From: Sulfuritalea sp.
GTDB lineage: Bacteria > Pseudomonadota > Gammaproteobacteria > Burkholderiales > Rhodocyclaceae
Reading direction: 5' to 3'
DNA length: 64,000 nt
Assembly (NCBI GenBank): GCA_021738385.1
Contig: JAIPCF010000001.1
Span: 19,036 to 83,035 of the forward strand
Shown piece by piece: positions 20,720 through 32,009 of this stretch. The notes below the pieces were generated by a model. The model saw only the letters and a list, made by a program, of their open reading frames with translations, made no database searches and was not told where the DNA came from. Position 1 is the stretch's first letter, and each line of letters starts with the position of its first letter. The position numbers and the translations under genes were made by a program.

Positions 20720-22261
20720 ATGTGCGGAATTCTGGGAGTGGTGGCCACCACTCCGGTGAATCAGTTGCTCTACGACGGTTTGCAGGTGCTTCAGCACCGG
20801 GGCCAGGACGCGGCAGGTATCGCCACGGCAGAAGGCGGACGCTTTCACATGCACAAGGGGTCCGGTTTGGTACGCGACGTTTTTCGTACCCGGAATATGC
20901 GCAGCCTGGTCGGCAATTGGGGTATTGGCCACTGCCGCTACCCTACCGCCGGTTCTGCTGCCAATCCCTTCGAGGCTCAGCCGTTTTACGTTAACTCGCC
21001 ATTCGGCCTGACGCTCGCGCACAACGGAAACCTGACCAATTCCGAACACTTGAAGCAGGACATGTTCCTGCAGGATCTGCGTCATATCAACACCAACTCC
21101 GATTCGGAAGTGTTGCTCAACGTGCTGGCGCACGAATTGCAAGCGGCGACGACCAAGTATCAAGTGGATGCCGAGGCGATATTCAAGGCAGTGGCCGGCG
21201 TGCATCGGCGCGTGCGCGGTGCTTATGCGGTGGTGGCGATGATAGCGGGCTACGGTCTGCTGGCTTTTCGCGATCCCTACGGAATTCGTCCGTTGGTAAT
21301 CGGTCGCAATGAGACGCCGGACGGCATGGAGTACATGGTGTCTTCCGAAAGCGTGGCAATCGATACCTTGGGATTCAAGATGCTGCGCGATGTCGAACCG
21401 GGTGAGGCGGTGCTGATCGACACACGCGGTAACTTTGTCAGTCGGCAATGTGCCGAGCACACCGTGCACGCACCGTGCATGTTCGAGTTCGTCTATCTTG
21501 CGCGCCCGGATTCGGTAATGGACGGCATTTCGGTGTACGAGACACGAGCCAAGATGGGTGATTATCTGGCGGACAAAATTCGTCTCACCATGCCACATCT
21601 GGCAATCGATGCGGTGATTCCGATACCTGATTCAAGCCGTCATTCCGCAATGGAACTGGCACGACGGCTTGATCTTCCTTACCGGGAAGGTTTCGTCAAG
21701 AACCGCTACATCGGACGCACCTTCATAATGCCCGGTCAGGCGACCCGACGAAAATCCGTCAGGCAAAAACTGAATGCCATCAGTCAGGAGTTCAGGGGAC
21801 GCAACGTACTGTTGGTCGACGACTCCATTGTGCGCGGTACCACCAGTCGCGAAATCATCATGATGGCGCGTGAAGCGGGAGCCAAGAAAGTCTATTTCGC
21901 CTCGGCTTCGCCACCGGTACGTTTTGCCAACGTCTATGGTATTGATATGCCGACACGTAGTGAATTGATTGCTGCATTCCGCAACGACGAAGAGATCTGC
22001 CGCGAAATTGGGGCAGATGCGCTGGTCTATCAGGATATAGATGCGCTCAAGGCGGCGGTACGCTCGGTCAATCCGACGGTGACCCAGTTTGAGACCTCGT
22101 GTTTCGACGGCAAGTACGTTACCGGCGACGTTACCGCAAGTTATCTGCAACGAATGGAAGACAAACGCTCGTTGCCTCCGCTGCAAGTGCCGGAAGATCA
22201 TGATGGCTACGACGGTGGGGACGGCGAACAACTCGATCTGAATCTGGTTCAGGAACGATGA
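20720..22261 (+). CDS. purF: Amidophosphoribosyltransferase
   Basis: MCGI N-terminal Cys, [17 protein letters not shown]. Confidence 0.98.
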   Translation: MCGILGVVATTPVNQLLYDGLQVLQHRGQDAAGIATAEGGRFHMHKGSGLVRDVFRTRNMRSLVGNWGIGHCRYPTAGSAANPFEAQPFYVNSPFGLTLAHNGNLTNSEHLKQDMFLQDLRHINTNSDSEVLLNVLAHELQAATTKYQVDAEAIFKAVAGVHRRVRGAYAVVAMIAGYGLLAFRDPYGIRPLVIGRNETPDGMEYMVSSESVAIDTLGFKMLRDVEPGEAVLIDTRGNFVSRQCAEHTVHAPCMFEFVYLARPDSVMDGISVYETRAKMGDYLADKIRLTMPHLAIDAVIPIPDSSRHSAMELARRLDLPYREGFVKNRYIGRTFIMPGQATRRKSVRQKLNAISQEFRGRNVLLVDDSIVRGTTSREIIMMAREAGAKKVYFASASPPVRFANVYGIDMPTRSELIAAFRNDEEICREIGADALVYQDIDALKAAVRSVNPTVTQFETSCFDGKYVTGDVTASYLQRMEDKRSLPPLQVPEDHDGYDGGDGEQLDLNLVQER

Positions 22262-23439
22262 GTACCCGGGATATGTCAGGCTGGTCCTTCGAGACCCTTG
22301 CCGTGCGCGCCGGGCAAGAGCGCAGCCAATTTAACGAGCATTCCGAGGCGCTCTACCTCACCTCGAGTTTCGTCTTTGAAAACGCAGCTCAGGCAGCTGC
22401 GCGCTTTTCGGGTGAGGAAGAGGGCAATGTCTATGCCCGTTTCACCAATCCGACCGTCACTGCGTTGCAGGATCGTCTGGCGGCTCTTGAGGACGCAGAA
22501 TGTTGCGTCGCCACCGCTAGCGGCATGGCGGCAATCTTGTCGACCGTCATGGCGTTGATGAAGTCGGGCGAACATATAGTTGCTTCGCGCAGCCTGTTCG
22601 GCGCCACGCAGCAAATGTTCGGCAATGTATTGCCACGGTTTGGTATTGAAACGAGTTTTGTGGATGAGGGCTCGGTTGACCGTTTTCGCGCTGCCATGCG
22701 TCCGAGCACTCGTCTGGTGTTCATTGAAACGCCATCGAACCCATTGACAGAGGTGTTTGATATTGCGGCGCTAGCGGAAGTGGCGCATGACGCGGGCGCG
22801 TTGCTGGTGGTCGATAACTGTTTTTGCACTCCAGCGCTGCAACGTCCTCTGGCCTTGGGTGCCGATCTGGTTATTCATTCCGCCACCAAGTTTCTTGATG
22901 GACAGGGCCGCGTGCTGGGCGGCGCGGTTTGTGGCGCCAAGGTGCTGACCGAGGAGGTGTTCAAATTCCTGCGCACGGCCGGGCCGTGCCTGTCACCGTT
23001 CAATGCCTGGGTGATTCTGAAAGGGTTGGAAACTTTGTCAGTGCGCATGAAGGCGCAATCGGCCAATGCGCTTGAACTCGCGCAATGGCTGGAGACTCGG
23101 CCGGAGGTGGCGCGTGTGCATTATCCAGGTCTGGTCTCGCATTCCCAGTACGAGCTGGCGCAAAGGCAACAAAGCAGCGCGGGCGCCATTGTCTCTTTCG
23201 AGGTCAAGGGAGGGCGCGAAGCGGCATGGCGGGTGGTGGACAACTGTCGCCTGCTATCGATCACGGCCAATTTGGGTGACACCAAATCCACCATCACTCA
23301 TCCAGCGTCAACCACTCATGGGCGGATATCGCCAGAGGCACGGTTGGCCTCGGGTATCGGTGAAGGCTTGTTGCGGATAGCAGTTGGACTGGAAAGTCCG
23401 GCGGACCTTCAAGCTGATTTGCTGCGCGGGATGGCCTAG
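22258..23439 (+). CDS. metZ: O-succinylhomoserine sulfhydrylase
   Basis: [44 protein letters not shown]. Confidence 0.94.
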   Translation: MSTRDMSGWSFETLAVRAGQERSQFNEHSEALYLTSSFVFENAAQAAARFSGEEEGNVYARFTNPTVTALQDRLAALEDAECCVATASGMAAILSTVMALMKSGEHIVASRSLFGATQQMFGNVLPRFGIETSFVDEGSVDRFRAAMRPSTRLVFIETPSNPLTEVFDIAALAEVAHDAGALLVVDNCFCTPALQRPLALGADLVIHSATKFLDGQGRVLGGAVCGAKVLTEEVFKFLRTAGPCLSPFNAWVILKGLETLSVRMKAQSANALELAQWLETRPEVARVHYPGLVSHSQYELAQRQQSSAGAIVSFEVKGGREAAWRVVDNCRLLSITANLGDTKSTITHPASTTHGRISPEARLASGIGEGLLRIAVGLESPADLQADLLRGMA

Positions 23440-23441
23440 TT

Positions 23442-24230
23442 TTAAGCTTTTCCGGTCAGATCCAGCCGGCGACAACCCGACGGGTCAATTTCAAGCGCGT
23501 CGCCACGACCCGTATCCCAATCTGAAAGCACCCAGCGTTCGGTGGTACCGCTGGAAAGCGTTATGGTTTCGCACCCTGGTCGGTGTGTGTGGCCGTGAAT
23601 CAGTCGGGTGCAGTCGTTGTCGATCAGCGCTGCGCGTATCGCAGCAGGATTTGCATCCATGATTGCCGCTGTCTTGTCCAGCATTGCCTCCGCGCTACGA
23701 CGACGCAGTACTTCTATCTCGGCGCGACGTTCTTCAATAGGACGGGCAAGAAAATTCGCTTGCCATTCCTTGCTTCGTACCATCTGGCGAAACTGCTGGT
23801 AGGGAATGTCGTCGGTGCAGACAGTATCGCCATGCATCAGCAAGGTTGCCGTTACCTGCCCGCGAAGCGGAATTTCAGGTACGCAGGGCGCACCAGCGCA
23901 GATTTTTTGAGTCTCGTTGAGGAGCGTGAGTCCGGCGGCGGCAGCGAAACGCTGCCCAATCAGAAAGTCGCGGTTGCCAGCGATAAAGTAGACGCGCGTA
24001 TCTTGATCTGTCAGGTCGCGTAGCAAATTGCAGATCCGTGCATTGAAGGGATCGGCCAGGTCATCGTCACCGATCCAGTATTCGAACAAGTCACCGAGAA
24101 TGAACAGCGCTTTGACTTTGCAAGCCGCCGTATCGCCAAGAAAGGCAGCGAAGCGTTCGGTAAGGTCGGGTCGCTCAGCTCGCAGATGCAGGTCGGAAAC
24201 GAAGCGGGCAGTGCCTTCCAGAGTCAGCAT
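23442..24230 (-). CDS. lpxH: UDP-2,3-diacylglucosamine hydrolase
   Basis: SDLHL, LGDLFEYWIGDD, GNRDF, MHGD, HGHTH, VLSDW; next to ppiB. Confidence 0.95.
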   Translation of the reverse strand: MLTLEGTARFVSDLHLRAERPDLTERFAAFLGDTAACKVKALFILGDLFEYWIGDDDLADPFNARICNLLRDLTDQDTRVYFIAGNRDFLIGQRFAAAAGLTLLNETQKICAGAPCVPEIPLRGQVTATLLMHGDTVCTDDIPYQQFRQMVRSKEWQANFLARPIEERRAEIEVLRRRSAEAMLDKTAAIMDANPAAIRAALIDNDCTRLIHGHTHRPGCETITLSSGTTERWVLSDWDTGRGDALEIDPSGCRRLDLTGKA

Positions 24231-24247
24231 GGAACTGCCCTGATGTA

Positions 24248-24736
24248 TCAAATCTTTTCAGCGCGCTCGATGATCACGTCTTCTTTTGGGACGTTCTGGT
24301 GAAAGCCCTTGTTGCCGGTCTTCACTGATCTGATTTTGTCGACGACTTCCTGACCTTCGACAACGCGGCCGAATACGCAGTAGCCCCAGCCATCCTGACA
24401 TTGGTCATTGTCCAGAAATCCGTTGTCACCGACATTGATGAAGAACTGAGCCGTTGCGGAGTGCGGATCGCTGGTGCGTGCCATGGCGACTGTATAGCGT
24501 TCATTCTTGAGGCCGTTCTTGGCCTCATTCTCGATGGGATCGTTGACCGGCTTCTGGTCCATGGCGGGATCGAACCCGCCACCTTGGATCATGAAACCAT
24601 CAATCACGCGATGGAAAATCGTGTTGTCGTAGTGGCCGGCTTCGACATAGGCGATGAAGTTGGCGACGCTCTTGGGCGCCTTCTCGGCATCGAGTTCAAG
24701 GATGATGTCGCCATTGTTGGTTGTAAGTTTGATCAT
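24248..24736 (-). CDS. ppiB: Cyclophilin-type peptidyl-prolyl isomerase B
   Basis: [32 protein letters not shown]. Confidence 0.95.
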   Translation of the reverse strand: MIKLTTNNGDIILELDAEKAPKSVANFIAYVEAGHYDNTIFHRVIDGFMIQGGGFDPAMDQKPVNDPIENEAKNGLKNERYTVAMARTSDPHSATAQFFINVGDNGFLDNDQCQDGWGYCVFGRVVEGQEVVDKIRSVKTGNKGFHQNVPKEDVIIERAEKI

Positions 24737-24757
24737 GGTTGTCTCTCTATAGGGCAT

Positions 24758-25318
24758 TTATTTTGCAGGCAGTAACTTGACGGAGTCGATCAGAACCGGC
24801 TTCATCGGCACATTCTGGTAGGGACCATTGTTGCCGGTTGGGACTTTGGCTATTTGTTGCACAACATCGAAGCCTTGCACGACCTTGCCGAATACCGCAT
24901 AACCCCAGCCGTCACGGCCCGGATAATCAAGAAAGCTGTTGTGCTTCAGGTTGATGAAGAACTGGGCACTGGCAGAGTGCGGATCCGAGGTGCGCGCCAT
25001 GGCCAGCGTGCCCAATTCGTTTTTCAAGCCGTTTTTGGCTTCATTCTGAATGTGCGCGCGAGTGGCCTTTTGCTTCATGTCAGGGCCGAAACCACCGCCC
25101 TGGATCATGAAATCGGGGATTACCCGATGGAATACGGTCCCATCGAAGAAGCCATCCTTGGCATATTGCAGAAAATTCTCGACCGTTTTAGGCGCTTTAT
25201 CTTGATACAACTCGATGATCAAGGTGCCCTGCGAGGTTTTCATTTCGATCCGCGGATTTGCGGCATGAGCCGATACACTGAAAACAAAAGCGAACAAAAG
25301 CAGAAACAGGCGATGCAT
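24758..25318 (-). CDS. ppiA: Periplasmic cyclophilin-type peptidyl-prolyl isomerase A
   Basis: Signal peptide (AHA-A), FHRVIPDFMIQGGG. Confidence 0.92.
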   Translation of the reverse strand: MHRLFLLLFAFVFSVSAHAANPRIEMKTSQGTLIIELYQDKAPKTVENFLQYAKDGFFDGTVFHRVIPDFMIQGGGFGPDMKQKATRAHIQNEAKNGLKNELGTLAMARTSDPHSASAQFFINLKHNSFLDYPGRDGWGYAVFGKVVQGFDVVQQIAKVPTGNNGPYQNVPMKPVLIDSVKLLPAK

Positions 25319-25377
25319 GGGGCCTCCGGGAACTCGGGTGAGGGAAATGGTAATACGGGGTACTGCGAACGCCTGCC

Positions 25378-26622
25378 TCAGGCGGCGTCTTCAAAAACAA
25401 TCTTCCAGCGCCCACTTTCCTTGATCCAGTACTGACGTTTTTTCATCTGGTTCGAAAGATTGCTGGAGCGGTAGTCCTGGTCAAAGGTGACGACAACGTG
25501 ATCATCTTTGCCTGGATTGCGAAACATGCTGATGTTACTGGTACCTACCTTTATCCAGCTCTTGCCGGCATTGACCTTGCGCTTGTGTTCAATCCAGGCG
25601 CGATAGTCCTTGCGATCAGCACTGAACTTCTTCGAGTAGTGCTGGGCGTAGTTCTTGGCGTCGCGACCTTCCCAGTCTTTTCTCCACGTCTCGATCGTGC
25701 CGAGCAGGGAAGTGCGTTCGGCTTGCCAGTCGTCAAGAGACAACCATTCGATGCTATTGCTGATGATTACCGGCGTCAGGCCGACCTGCAGGCTCTTCGA
25801 GAGACTGTCGAGGTCCTGGTTGGCCAGGACAACGCAGCCATCGGACGCTTTCGGTGGCCGCGAGAACGTGTCGGAAGGGGTGCCGTGCAACCAGATGCCA
25901 TTGCCATTGCGGCCCTTGAGTTTGTCCCAGTCGTTGGGATAGTTGATGGGGAAGGCGCCGTTGCCGTACAAATCAGGGAGTTTCTGTCGCGGCAGGCTGG
26001 AGGTGACGTGATAGACACCGATAGGTGTCTTTTTGTCGCCTTCGCGAGACTTGTCTGCACCCAGTTTCCCTTGAGTAATGTAATAGTCAGCGACAAAGCG
26101 CGGCGTGCCTTTGTCGTTCTGGTAGAGATAGAGCCGTGATTTTTGGGTATCGACGACTACAGCGTGCTTTTGTTCCGGCAGCATTTGCAGCAGATAGCGT
26201 GGAACATAGTTGGTCGGCGGTTTGCTGCGATAGCCTTTGAGGCGAGCAATGGCTTCTTCACGCAGATCTGCGACTTTTTCATTCGCCCCCGGTCCGCCGC
26301 CTTGGCCGAAGCTCAGCAAAGCGCGCGAACGCGCTAGCAGCAAATCACCTTTGACCAGATGAGCGAGGCGAAATTTCGGATAGGCCTTGATCAGCATTTC
26401 CGTTTGCTGCATGGCAACGTCAAGTCGATTGCTTTCGATGGCGTCAAATACCTTGGCCAGCAAGGGCTCCGGACCCGAGTCGGTGAAGCTTTCCTGTATT
26501 GGAATGCTGCGAGTCTCCGGCTTGAGATGCTTTGGTGCCTTTCCGGCAGCCTCTGCCGCGCCGATTGCAAGCAGCAGACTGGCGGCTGAGCAAACAGCCA
26601 GAATGCTCCGCCGGTAGGCCAT
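25378..26622 (-). CDS. L,D-transpeptidase (YkuD) family protein with C-terminal NTF2-like domain
   Basis: GDKKTPIGVY, IWLHG...SDGCV catalytic motif; start ATG 26622 overlaps the upstream stop. Confidence 0.9.
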   Translation of the reverse strand: MAYRRSILAVCSAASLLLAIGAAEAAGKAPKHLKPETRSIPIQESFTDSGPEPLLAKVFDAIESNRLDVAMQQTEMLIKAYPKFRLAHLVKGDLLLARSRALLSFGQGGGPGANEKVADLREEAIARLKGYRSKPPTNYVPRYLLQMLPEQKHAVVVDTQKSRLYLYQNDKGTPRFVADYYITQGKLGADKSREGDKKTPIGVYHVTSSLPRQKLPDLYGNGAFPINYPNDWDKLKGRNGNGIWLHGTPSDTFSRPPKASDGCVVLANQDLDSLSKSLQVGLTPVIISNSIEWLSLDDWQAERTSLLGTIETWRKDWEGRDAKNYAQHYSKKFSADRKDYRAWIEHKRKVNAGKSWIKVGTSNISMFRNPGKDDHVVVTFDQDYRSSNLSNQMKKRQYWIKESGRWKIVFEDAA

Positions 26623-27644
26623 TAGTTTCCTACCCGCTCCTGCACAATCATCCACTTGCCATCACGCTTGCCCATCTGAAGCACCTTGTTACCAGAAGTC
26701 TTGAAATTGGACGACTTGTAATGCTGGCGAAAACTCGCTGTGGCTGTGTCGCCGTTGATGGTAATGCGAAGGTTGTCGTAGCTGACATCGATTGAGCCGG
26801 GCTTGACGATACGCTTTTTGCGTCCGGCGCTCCAGGCCGAACGCGACTCTCCCCCGGGTGTCTTGAAGTCGCTTGCATAGGCCTCGAGGTAGGCCTTCAT
26901 ATCCTTGCTTGACCAGGCAGCAGCCCAACGCTTGACCGCTTCGGCAACTTCTGCTTTGTCATCCCCGGAGGCTTGCGCCGGGGCAGGTTTGGGTGCTTCA
27001 ACGACCTTGGCCGGTTCGGCCGCTATCGGCGCGGCCGCTGCTTTTGGAGCTTCGGCAATCTTGACAGTCTCCACCGGGCGCGCGTTGCCGATCGGCTTGG
27101 TGGCCTTGCCGGGTCGACCTGAGGTGCTCATCAGATCGCGGATCAATGCCAGTTTGTTCTGTGCGCTGGAATTCGACGAATCAAGCTGAAGCGCCTTGTC
27201 ATACGCCTGGCTGGCGAGCCTGGCGTAGATATCGCCGAGGTTCTCGTGGGCCGTGGCGTAGGAAGGATGGGTGCGGATTGCCATCTCCAAAGCCTGTTGG
27301 GCTTTGTCATATTGCTTTTGCTGGGCGTAAATGACGGCGAGGTTGTTGTAGGGCTCCGGCAGCTCTGGATAATCTTCGGTCAGCTTGGTGAACACGGCAA
27401 TTGCCTCGCTGGGCTTGTTCATCTCCGTCAGCACAATACCCTTCAGAAACCGCCCCTGCGCATCCTTGGGTTTGGTCGCCAGGAACTTGTCTACCTGCTC
27501 CAGTGCCCTTGCGTGCTGCCCTTGCTTGACCAGTTTGCTGATGTCCTGAAGGCCTTCAGCATGGGCGGTCGGTGCCAGTACCAGAGCCACAATGGAAACG
27601 AATGAGGCCAGCAAGTGTGTTGCGTTGAAGCGGATTTGGGTCAT
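26622..27644 (-). CDS. Exported TPR-repeat protein with C-terminal NTF2-like domain
   Basis: Signal peptide, PEPYNNLAVIY/AHENLGDIY TPR motifs, WAAAWS...FRQHY. Confidence 0.85.
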   Translation of the reverse strand: MTQIRFNATHLLASFVSIVALVLAPTAHAEGLQDISKLVKQGQHARALEQVDKFLATKPKDAQGRFLKGIVLTEMNKPSEAIAVFTKLTEDYPELPEPYNNLAVIYAQQKQYDKAQQALEMAIRTHPSYATAHENLGDIYARLASQAYDKALQLDSSNSSAQNKLALIRDLMSTSGRPGKATKPIGNARPVETVKIAEAPKAAAAPIAAEPAKVVEAPKPAPAQASGDDKAEVAEAVKRWAAAWSSKDMKAYLEAYASDFKTPGGESRSAWSAGRKKRIVKPGSIDVSYDNLRITINGDTATASFRQHYKSSNFKTSGNKVLQMGKRDGKWMIVQERVGN

Positions 27645-28022
27645 GGTATTGGCTTCTCGTTGACGGTTGCCCGAAAATCAATCTGGTTACGGCCGCTGCG
27701 CTTGACGCCGATGCTGCTGGTGTCCGTCTGTCCTGAAATGAAGCATTGGTTTCGGCTATTTCGAGTAACACGAATTGAACTGGCTACAGCCTGCACCGAA
27801 ACTTCCATTTTCGGGGACAAACCCTTGCGGTATTTAACGCTGGATTCTAACAAGAAGCCCGCCTTCACGACAACCTGACAGCATTTGATCGATGATCCGA
27901 TAATGCCTGCCTTTGATGTCCATTTTTCGGCTTAGCCGGCCGATTGGACAATTTTGGTTCCGACCCATGGGCGAAACACCGATAATGTCGGCGTTTTCCA
28001 AACCGAAAATCAATTTTTCAAC

Positions 28023-29393
28023 ATGCTGAAGATATACAACACCCTGGCCCGCGAGAAGCAAGAGTTCGTCCCCATTAATCCCCGCCGCGTCAGCATGTAC
28101 GTCTGCGGCATGACGGTTTATGATTTTTGCCATCTGGGACATGCCCGCGTGATGGTGGTATTCGATCTGGTCGCCCGCTGGCTCAGGGCCAGTGGCTACG
28201 AACTGACCTATGTACGGAACATCACCGATATCGACGACAAGATCATTCGCCGTGCTCAAGAGAACGGCGAGACGATCCGACAACTGACAGACCGTTTCAT
28301 CGCTGCGATGAACGAAGACGCCGCTGCGCTGGGTGTGCTGCCGCCGGACGCCGAACCTCGTGCCACGGACCATGTGGGGCAGATGCTAAAAATGATCGGA
28401 GCGCTCGAGAAGAAGGGCTATGCCTATGTTGCCGAAAATGGTGACGTTTGCTATTCGGTACGCAAGTTTGTTGGCTACGGCAAACTTTCCGGCAAATCAC
28501 TGGAGGATCTGCGCGCTGGCGAGCGTGTCGATGTCATGGCCGGCAAGCAGGATCCGCTCGATTTTGTGTTGTGGAAGCATGCCCGGGAGGATGAGTCCGC
28601 CGAAGTACAGTGGGAGTCACCCTGGGGTTCGGGTCGTCCGGGCTGGCATATCGAATGCTCAGCCATGGGATCGGAGCTGCTTGGCCGCCATTTTGATATT
28701 CACGGCGGTGGGCAGGACCTCCAGTTTCCGCATCATGAAAACGAAATTGCCCAGTCTGAAGGCGCCCATCAATGCCAGTATGTCAATTACTGGATGCACA
28801 ATGGATTTGTACGCGTCGACGACGAAAAGATGTCGAAATCGCTGGGCAATTTCTTTACCATTCGCGTGGTGCTTGAAAAGTACGACCCTGAAGTTGTGCG
28901 TTTCTTCATTCTGCGCGCCCACTATCGCAGCGCGCTGAATTATTCGGATGTTCACCTTGATGATGCACGGCAGGCGCTGACCCGTTTGTACACAGCATTG
29001 AAAGGCGTCGTGGGTGTTGTCGAGGTGGATTGGGAAGAGCCGCACGCCGTGCGTTTCAAGGCGGCACTGGATGATGACTTTGGCACCCCCGAGGCAATGG
29101 CAGTGCTATTCGATCTGGCGAGTCTCGTAAATCGTGGCAACGCAGAACTGGGTCCTCAACTCAAGGCACTCGGTGGTGTGCTCGGCTTGTTGCAGCGCGA
29201 CCCGCAAGGTTTTCTTCAGGCGGCTCCCGAAGGCGGCCTGAGCAACGAGGAGATCGAAGTAAAAGTCGGCGCTCGCAGTACGGCGAAGCAGGCAAAGAAC
29301 TTTGCTGAATCGGACCGTATTCGCGACGAACTCAAGGCGGCCGGCATTGTGCTGGAAGATGGGCCGCAGGGGACGACCTGGCGCAGGGGCTAG
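28023..29393 (+). CDS. cysS: Cysteine--tRNA ligase
   Basis: [27 protein letters not shown]; start re-called at ATG 28023. Confidence 0.98.
   Translation: MLKIYNTLAREKQEFVPINPRRVSMYVCGMTVYDFCHLGHARVMVVFDLVARWLRASGYELTYVRNITDIDDKIIRRAQENGETIRQLTDRFIAAMNEDAAALGVLPPDAEPRATDHVGQMLKMIGALEKKGYAYVAENGDVCYSVRKFVGYGKLSGKSLEDLRAGERVDVMAGKQDPLDFVLWKHAREDESAEVQWESPWGSGRPGWHIECSAMGSELLGRHFDIHGGGQDLQFPHHENEIAQSEGAHQCQYVNYWMHNGFVRVDDEKMSKSLGNFFTIRVVLEKYDPEVVRFFILRAHYRSALNYSDVHLDDARQALTRLYTALKGVVGVVEVDWEEPHAVRFKAALDDDFGTPEAMAVLFDLASLVNRGNAELGPQLKALGGVLGLLQRDPQGFLQAAPEGGLSNEEIEVKVGARSTAKQAKNFAESDRIRDELKAAGIVLEDGPQGTTWRRG
29261..29284 (+). repeat. Dispersed 24-bp motif copy 4 (in cysS)
   Basis: AAAAGTCGGCGCTCGCAGTACGGC; 2 mismatches. 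Confidence 0.83.
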
Positions 29394-32008
29394 ATCAGAC
29401 GCTCGAATTCTTCGATCGGCATCGGATGACCAAACAGGTAGCCTTGACACAGTGGGCAGCCATGTTGTTCCAGAAATTCGCGCTGGATTTCAGTTTCCAC
29501 GCCTTCAGCGATGACTTCCATGCTCAGGTTATTGGCCATGCCGATAATGGTCTGGGCTATCAGGGCATCTTCAGGTCGAATGCCTATATTACGGACAAAG
29601 CTTTGATCGATCTTGAGTTGGTCAAGTGGCAAGCGCGTCAAATAGGATAGCGATGACTGCCCGGTACCAAAGTCGTCCATGGAGAATTGCACTCCATCGC
29701 TCTTGAGCAAATTCATCTTGACGATGGTGTCATTGACATTGGTGAGCACGGCGCTTTCCGTCAATTCAAGTTTGAGTCGTTCAGCGCCAATTTTCGTGCG
29801 CTGCAGAACGTCGCGAATCTGTTGCACAAAATTGGGTTGATGGAACTGTTGTGCACTGACGTTGACGGCCAGGCGCAGCGCTTTGAAACGAGAGTCGCTT
29901 TCCCATCGCTTGAGTTGTTCGCAGGCGGTTTCCAGGACCCATAGCCCTATCGGAACAATCAGGCCTGACTCCTCCGCATGCGGTATGAATTCCGCTGGGT
30001 AAATCAACCCTCGCACCGGATGTTGCCAGCGAATCAATACCTCGGCTCCTACGACCTGACGATCATGCGTGACCTGCTTTTGGAAATGCAAGCAGAACTG
30101 CTGTTCGCTCAGCGCCTGCCGCAGGTTTGCCTCGAGCAAGGCGTGGGTGGTAATTGTCGCCTGCATATCCGGGTCGAAAAAGCGAACCGTATTCCGTCCT
30201 GAGGTTTTGGCAGCATACATGGCCAGATCGGCCTGCTTCATAAGTTCGTCGATGCTTATTTGCTGATTGCTGAACAGCGTGGCGCCAATGCTGGCGCTGC
30301 TGTGATGCGGGTACGCACCCAGCGAATAGGGCTCGTTCAGGGTAAGCAGCATTTTTTCGCTGATGACGTGCACCAGTTCAGCAGCCTCCAGGCTGCGTTC
30401 GCTCAAATCCTCGAGAAGGACGACAAACTCGTCCCCGCCCAGCCTTGCCACAGTATCGCCTTCGCGCAATACACCGGCAAGTCGCTGCGCCACCTGCGTC
30501 AGCAGGTCGTCGCCCACGTCGTGGCCCTGGGTGTCATTCAGTGTTTTGAAATGATCGAGATCGAGAAATAACAACGCGCCGTGCCGACCGTGTCGTGCGC
30601 TCGACGCAAGCGCCTGTCGCAGTCGGTCCATCAACAGGCGCCGGTTGGGTAATTTGGTGAGAGGGTCAAAGAATGCCAGTTGCTCGATTTCAAGTGCGGC
30701 TGCTTTCTCCTGCGTGATATCGACCATGCTGGCAACATAGTGCGACAAGCCCCCGCTGGCATCTTTCACCGCCGTGATCGATAGACGTTCGGGATACTCC
30801 TCGCCGTTTTTTCGTCGATTCCACAACTCGCCATGCCAGGAGCCGGTTGTGCCGAGTTGATGCCACATGTCGGCGTAGAAATCCTGGTCTTGCCGGCCTG
30901 AACTGAGCATGCGCGGCGTGTTGCCAACGGCTTCTTCTGCGTTGTAGCCGGTGGAGTCCGTAAACGCTCGATTAACGCGAAGAATGACTTCGTTGGCATC
31001 GGTAACGACGATGCCCTGTTGTGCTTCGAATGCGGTTGCGGCGATGCGTATATCCGTTTCCGTTTCCCTGCGGCGCTGTTCGTGCTGGTGTAGCACGATG
31101 GTGATGCCCGATAGCGCTATCAGCCCGACCAACAACAACAAACCATCGCGCCAGGCAACTTGGCGCCATGGACCGAGGATGGTCGGCAGAGACAATCCGT
31201 AGCTCACGACCACCGGGAAATCGTTCAACGCCCGATAGCTATAGATGTGCTCGATACCATTGCCAAGCAGCGACTCGCGCATAGTGCCAGTAGGCCAACT
31301 GGGAATATGTTCACGAAACATCCGGGTATCTGACCAATTGTGACCCATCAGGGTTTGATCATCGGGTGAGCTGACGGCGGCCCAGCCTGTCGAAAGAAAC
31401 AGTGCGACAAAGCCATCGGTGCGACGGTCGATGGAGTCATAAAACGGCTGGAAATGTTCGGCGTGGACCATTGCCACAAGTACACCGGCAAATTTTCCGT
31501 CGGTGTTGTTGATTCGCCGGCTGATCGGCAGTATCCATTTATGATTGCCGACGCCAACCTCAGGCGCACCGAAAACCAGCTCACGGTCGGCACCCCGGAT
31601 GTGTGGAATGAAATAGTCTCGTTTCGATCCAGAATCGGTTCGGCTTGATTTGTCGGTTTGGGTGGACAACACGATGTCGCCGGTTTGATCAAGGACCAGG
31701 AAGGATTGAATGATTCGGTCCTGGGGCAACATTTCTTTCAGCCGGCCGGCAATTTTTGCGCTGTCATTTACTCCAGCGGCCCGCAACTGCAGCAACAGGG
31801 CATTTGCCTGCATGATTGTCGTGCTTACTCGTCGCAACGACTGGCGCGCATGCTCTTCCAGCACCCTGGCGAAGTTTTGGGTTTCCATACTGGCGACTTC
31901 AATCGCGGTTTCGCGTTCGCGCACCAGGCTATAAGCAACGAATGTGGTTACTACCAGCCCGATAAGAGCCGCTAGTACAGCGGGTCCAAAATGCAGGCGA
32001 GGATTCAT
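29390..32008 (-). CDS. Membrane-anchored Cache-like/PAS/GGDEF/EAL diguanylate cyclase-phosphodiesterase
   Basis: Two TM helices flanking a periplasmic domain (RDYF motif), PAS/PAC, RxxD + GGDEF, EVL/DDFGTG/EGVE. Confidence 0.93.
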   Translation of the reverse strand: MNPRLHFGPAVLAALIGLVVTTFVAYSLVRERETAIEVASMETQNFARVLEEHARQSLRRVSTTIMQANALLLQLRAAGVNDSAKIAGRLKEMLPQDRIIQSFLVLDQTGDIVLSTQTDKSSRTDSGSKRDYFIPHIRGADRELVFGAPEVGVGNHKWILPISRRINNTDGKFAGVLVAMVHAEHFQPFYDSIDRRTDGFVALFLSTGWAAVSSPDDQTLMGHNWSDTRMFREHIPSWPTGTMRESLLGNGIEHIYSYRALNDFPVVVSYGLSLPTILGPWRQVAWRDGLLLLVGLIALSGITIVLHQHEQRRRETETDIRIAATAFEAQQGIVVTDANEVILRVNRAFTDSTGYNAEEAVGNTPRMLSSGRQDQDFYADMWHQLGTTGSWHGELWNRRKNGEEYPERLSITAVKDASGGLSHYVASMVDITQEKAAALEIEQLAFFDPLTKLPNRRLLMDRLRQALASSARHGRHGALLFLDLDHFKTLNDTQGHDVGDDLLTQVAQRLAGVLREGDTVARLGGDEFVVLLEDLSERSLEAAELVHVISEKMLLTLNEPYSLGAYPHHSSASIGATLFSNQQISIDELMKQADLAMYAAKTSGRNTVRFFDPDMQATITTHALLEANLRQALSEQQFCLHFQKQVTHDRQVVGAEVLIRWQHPVRGLIYPAEFIPHAEESGLIVPIGLWVLETACEQLKRWESDSRFKALRLAVNVSAQQFHQPNFVQQIRDVLQRTKIGAERLKLELTESAVLTNVNDTIVKMNLLKSDGVQFSMDDFGTGQSSLSYLTRLPLDQLKIDQSFVRNIGIRPEDALIAQTIIGMANNLSMEVIAEGVETEIQREFLEQHGCPLCQGYLFGHPMPIEEFERLI

Positions 32009-32009
32009 G

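Noticed and set aside
20549-21598. Long antisense or alternate-frame ORFs (e.g. 20549-21598, 55001-56284, 60302-61342, 62594-63664)
   Set aside because: Shadows of well-supported genes in GC-rich DNA, with no recognisable motifs.
27645-28022. Long intergenic region between the TPR gene and cysS, with short ORFs
   Set aside because: Consistent with divergent promoters; no RNA family, repeat or credible protein recognised.
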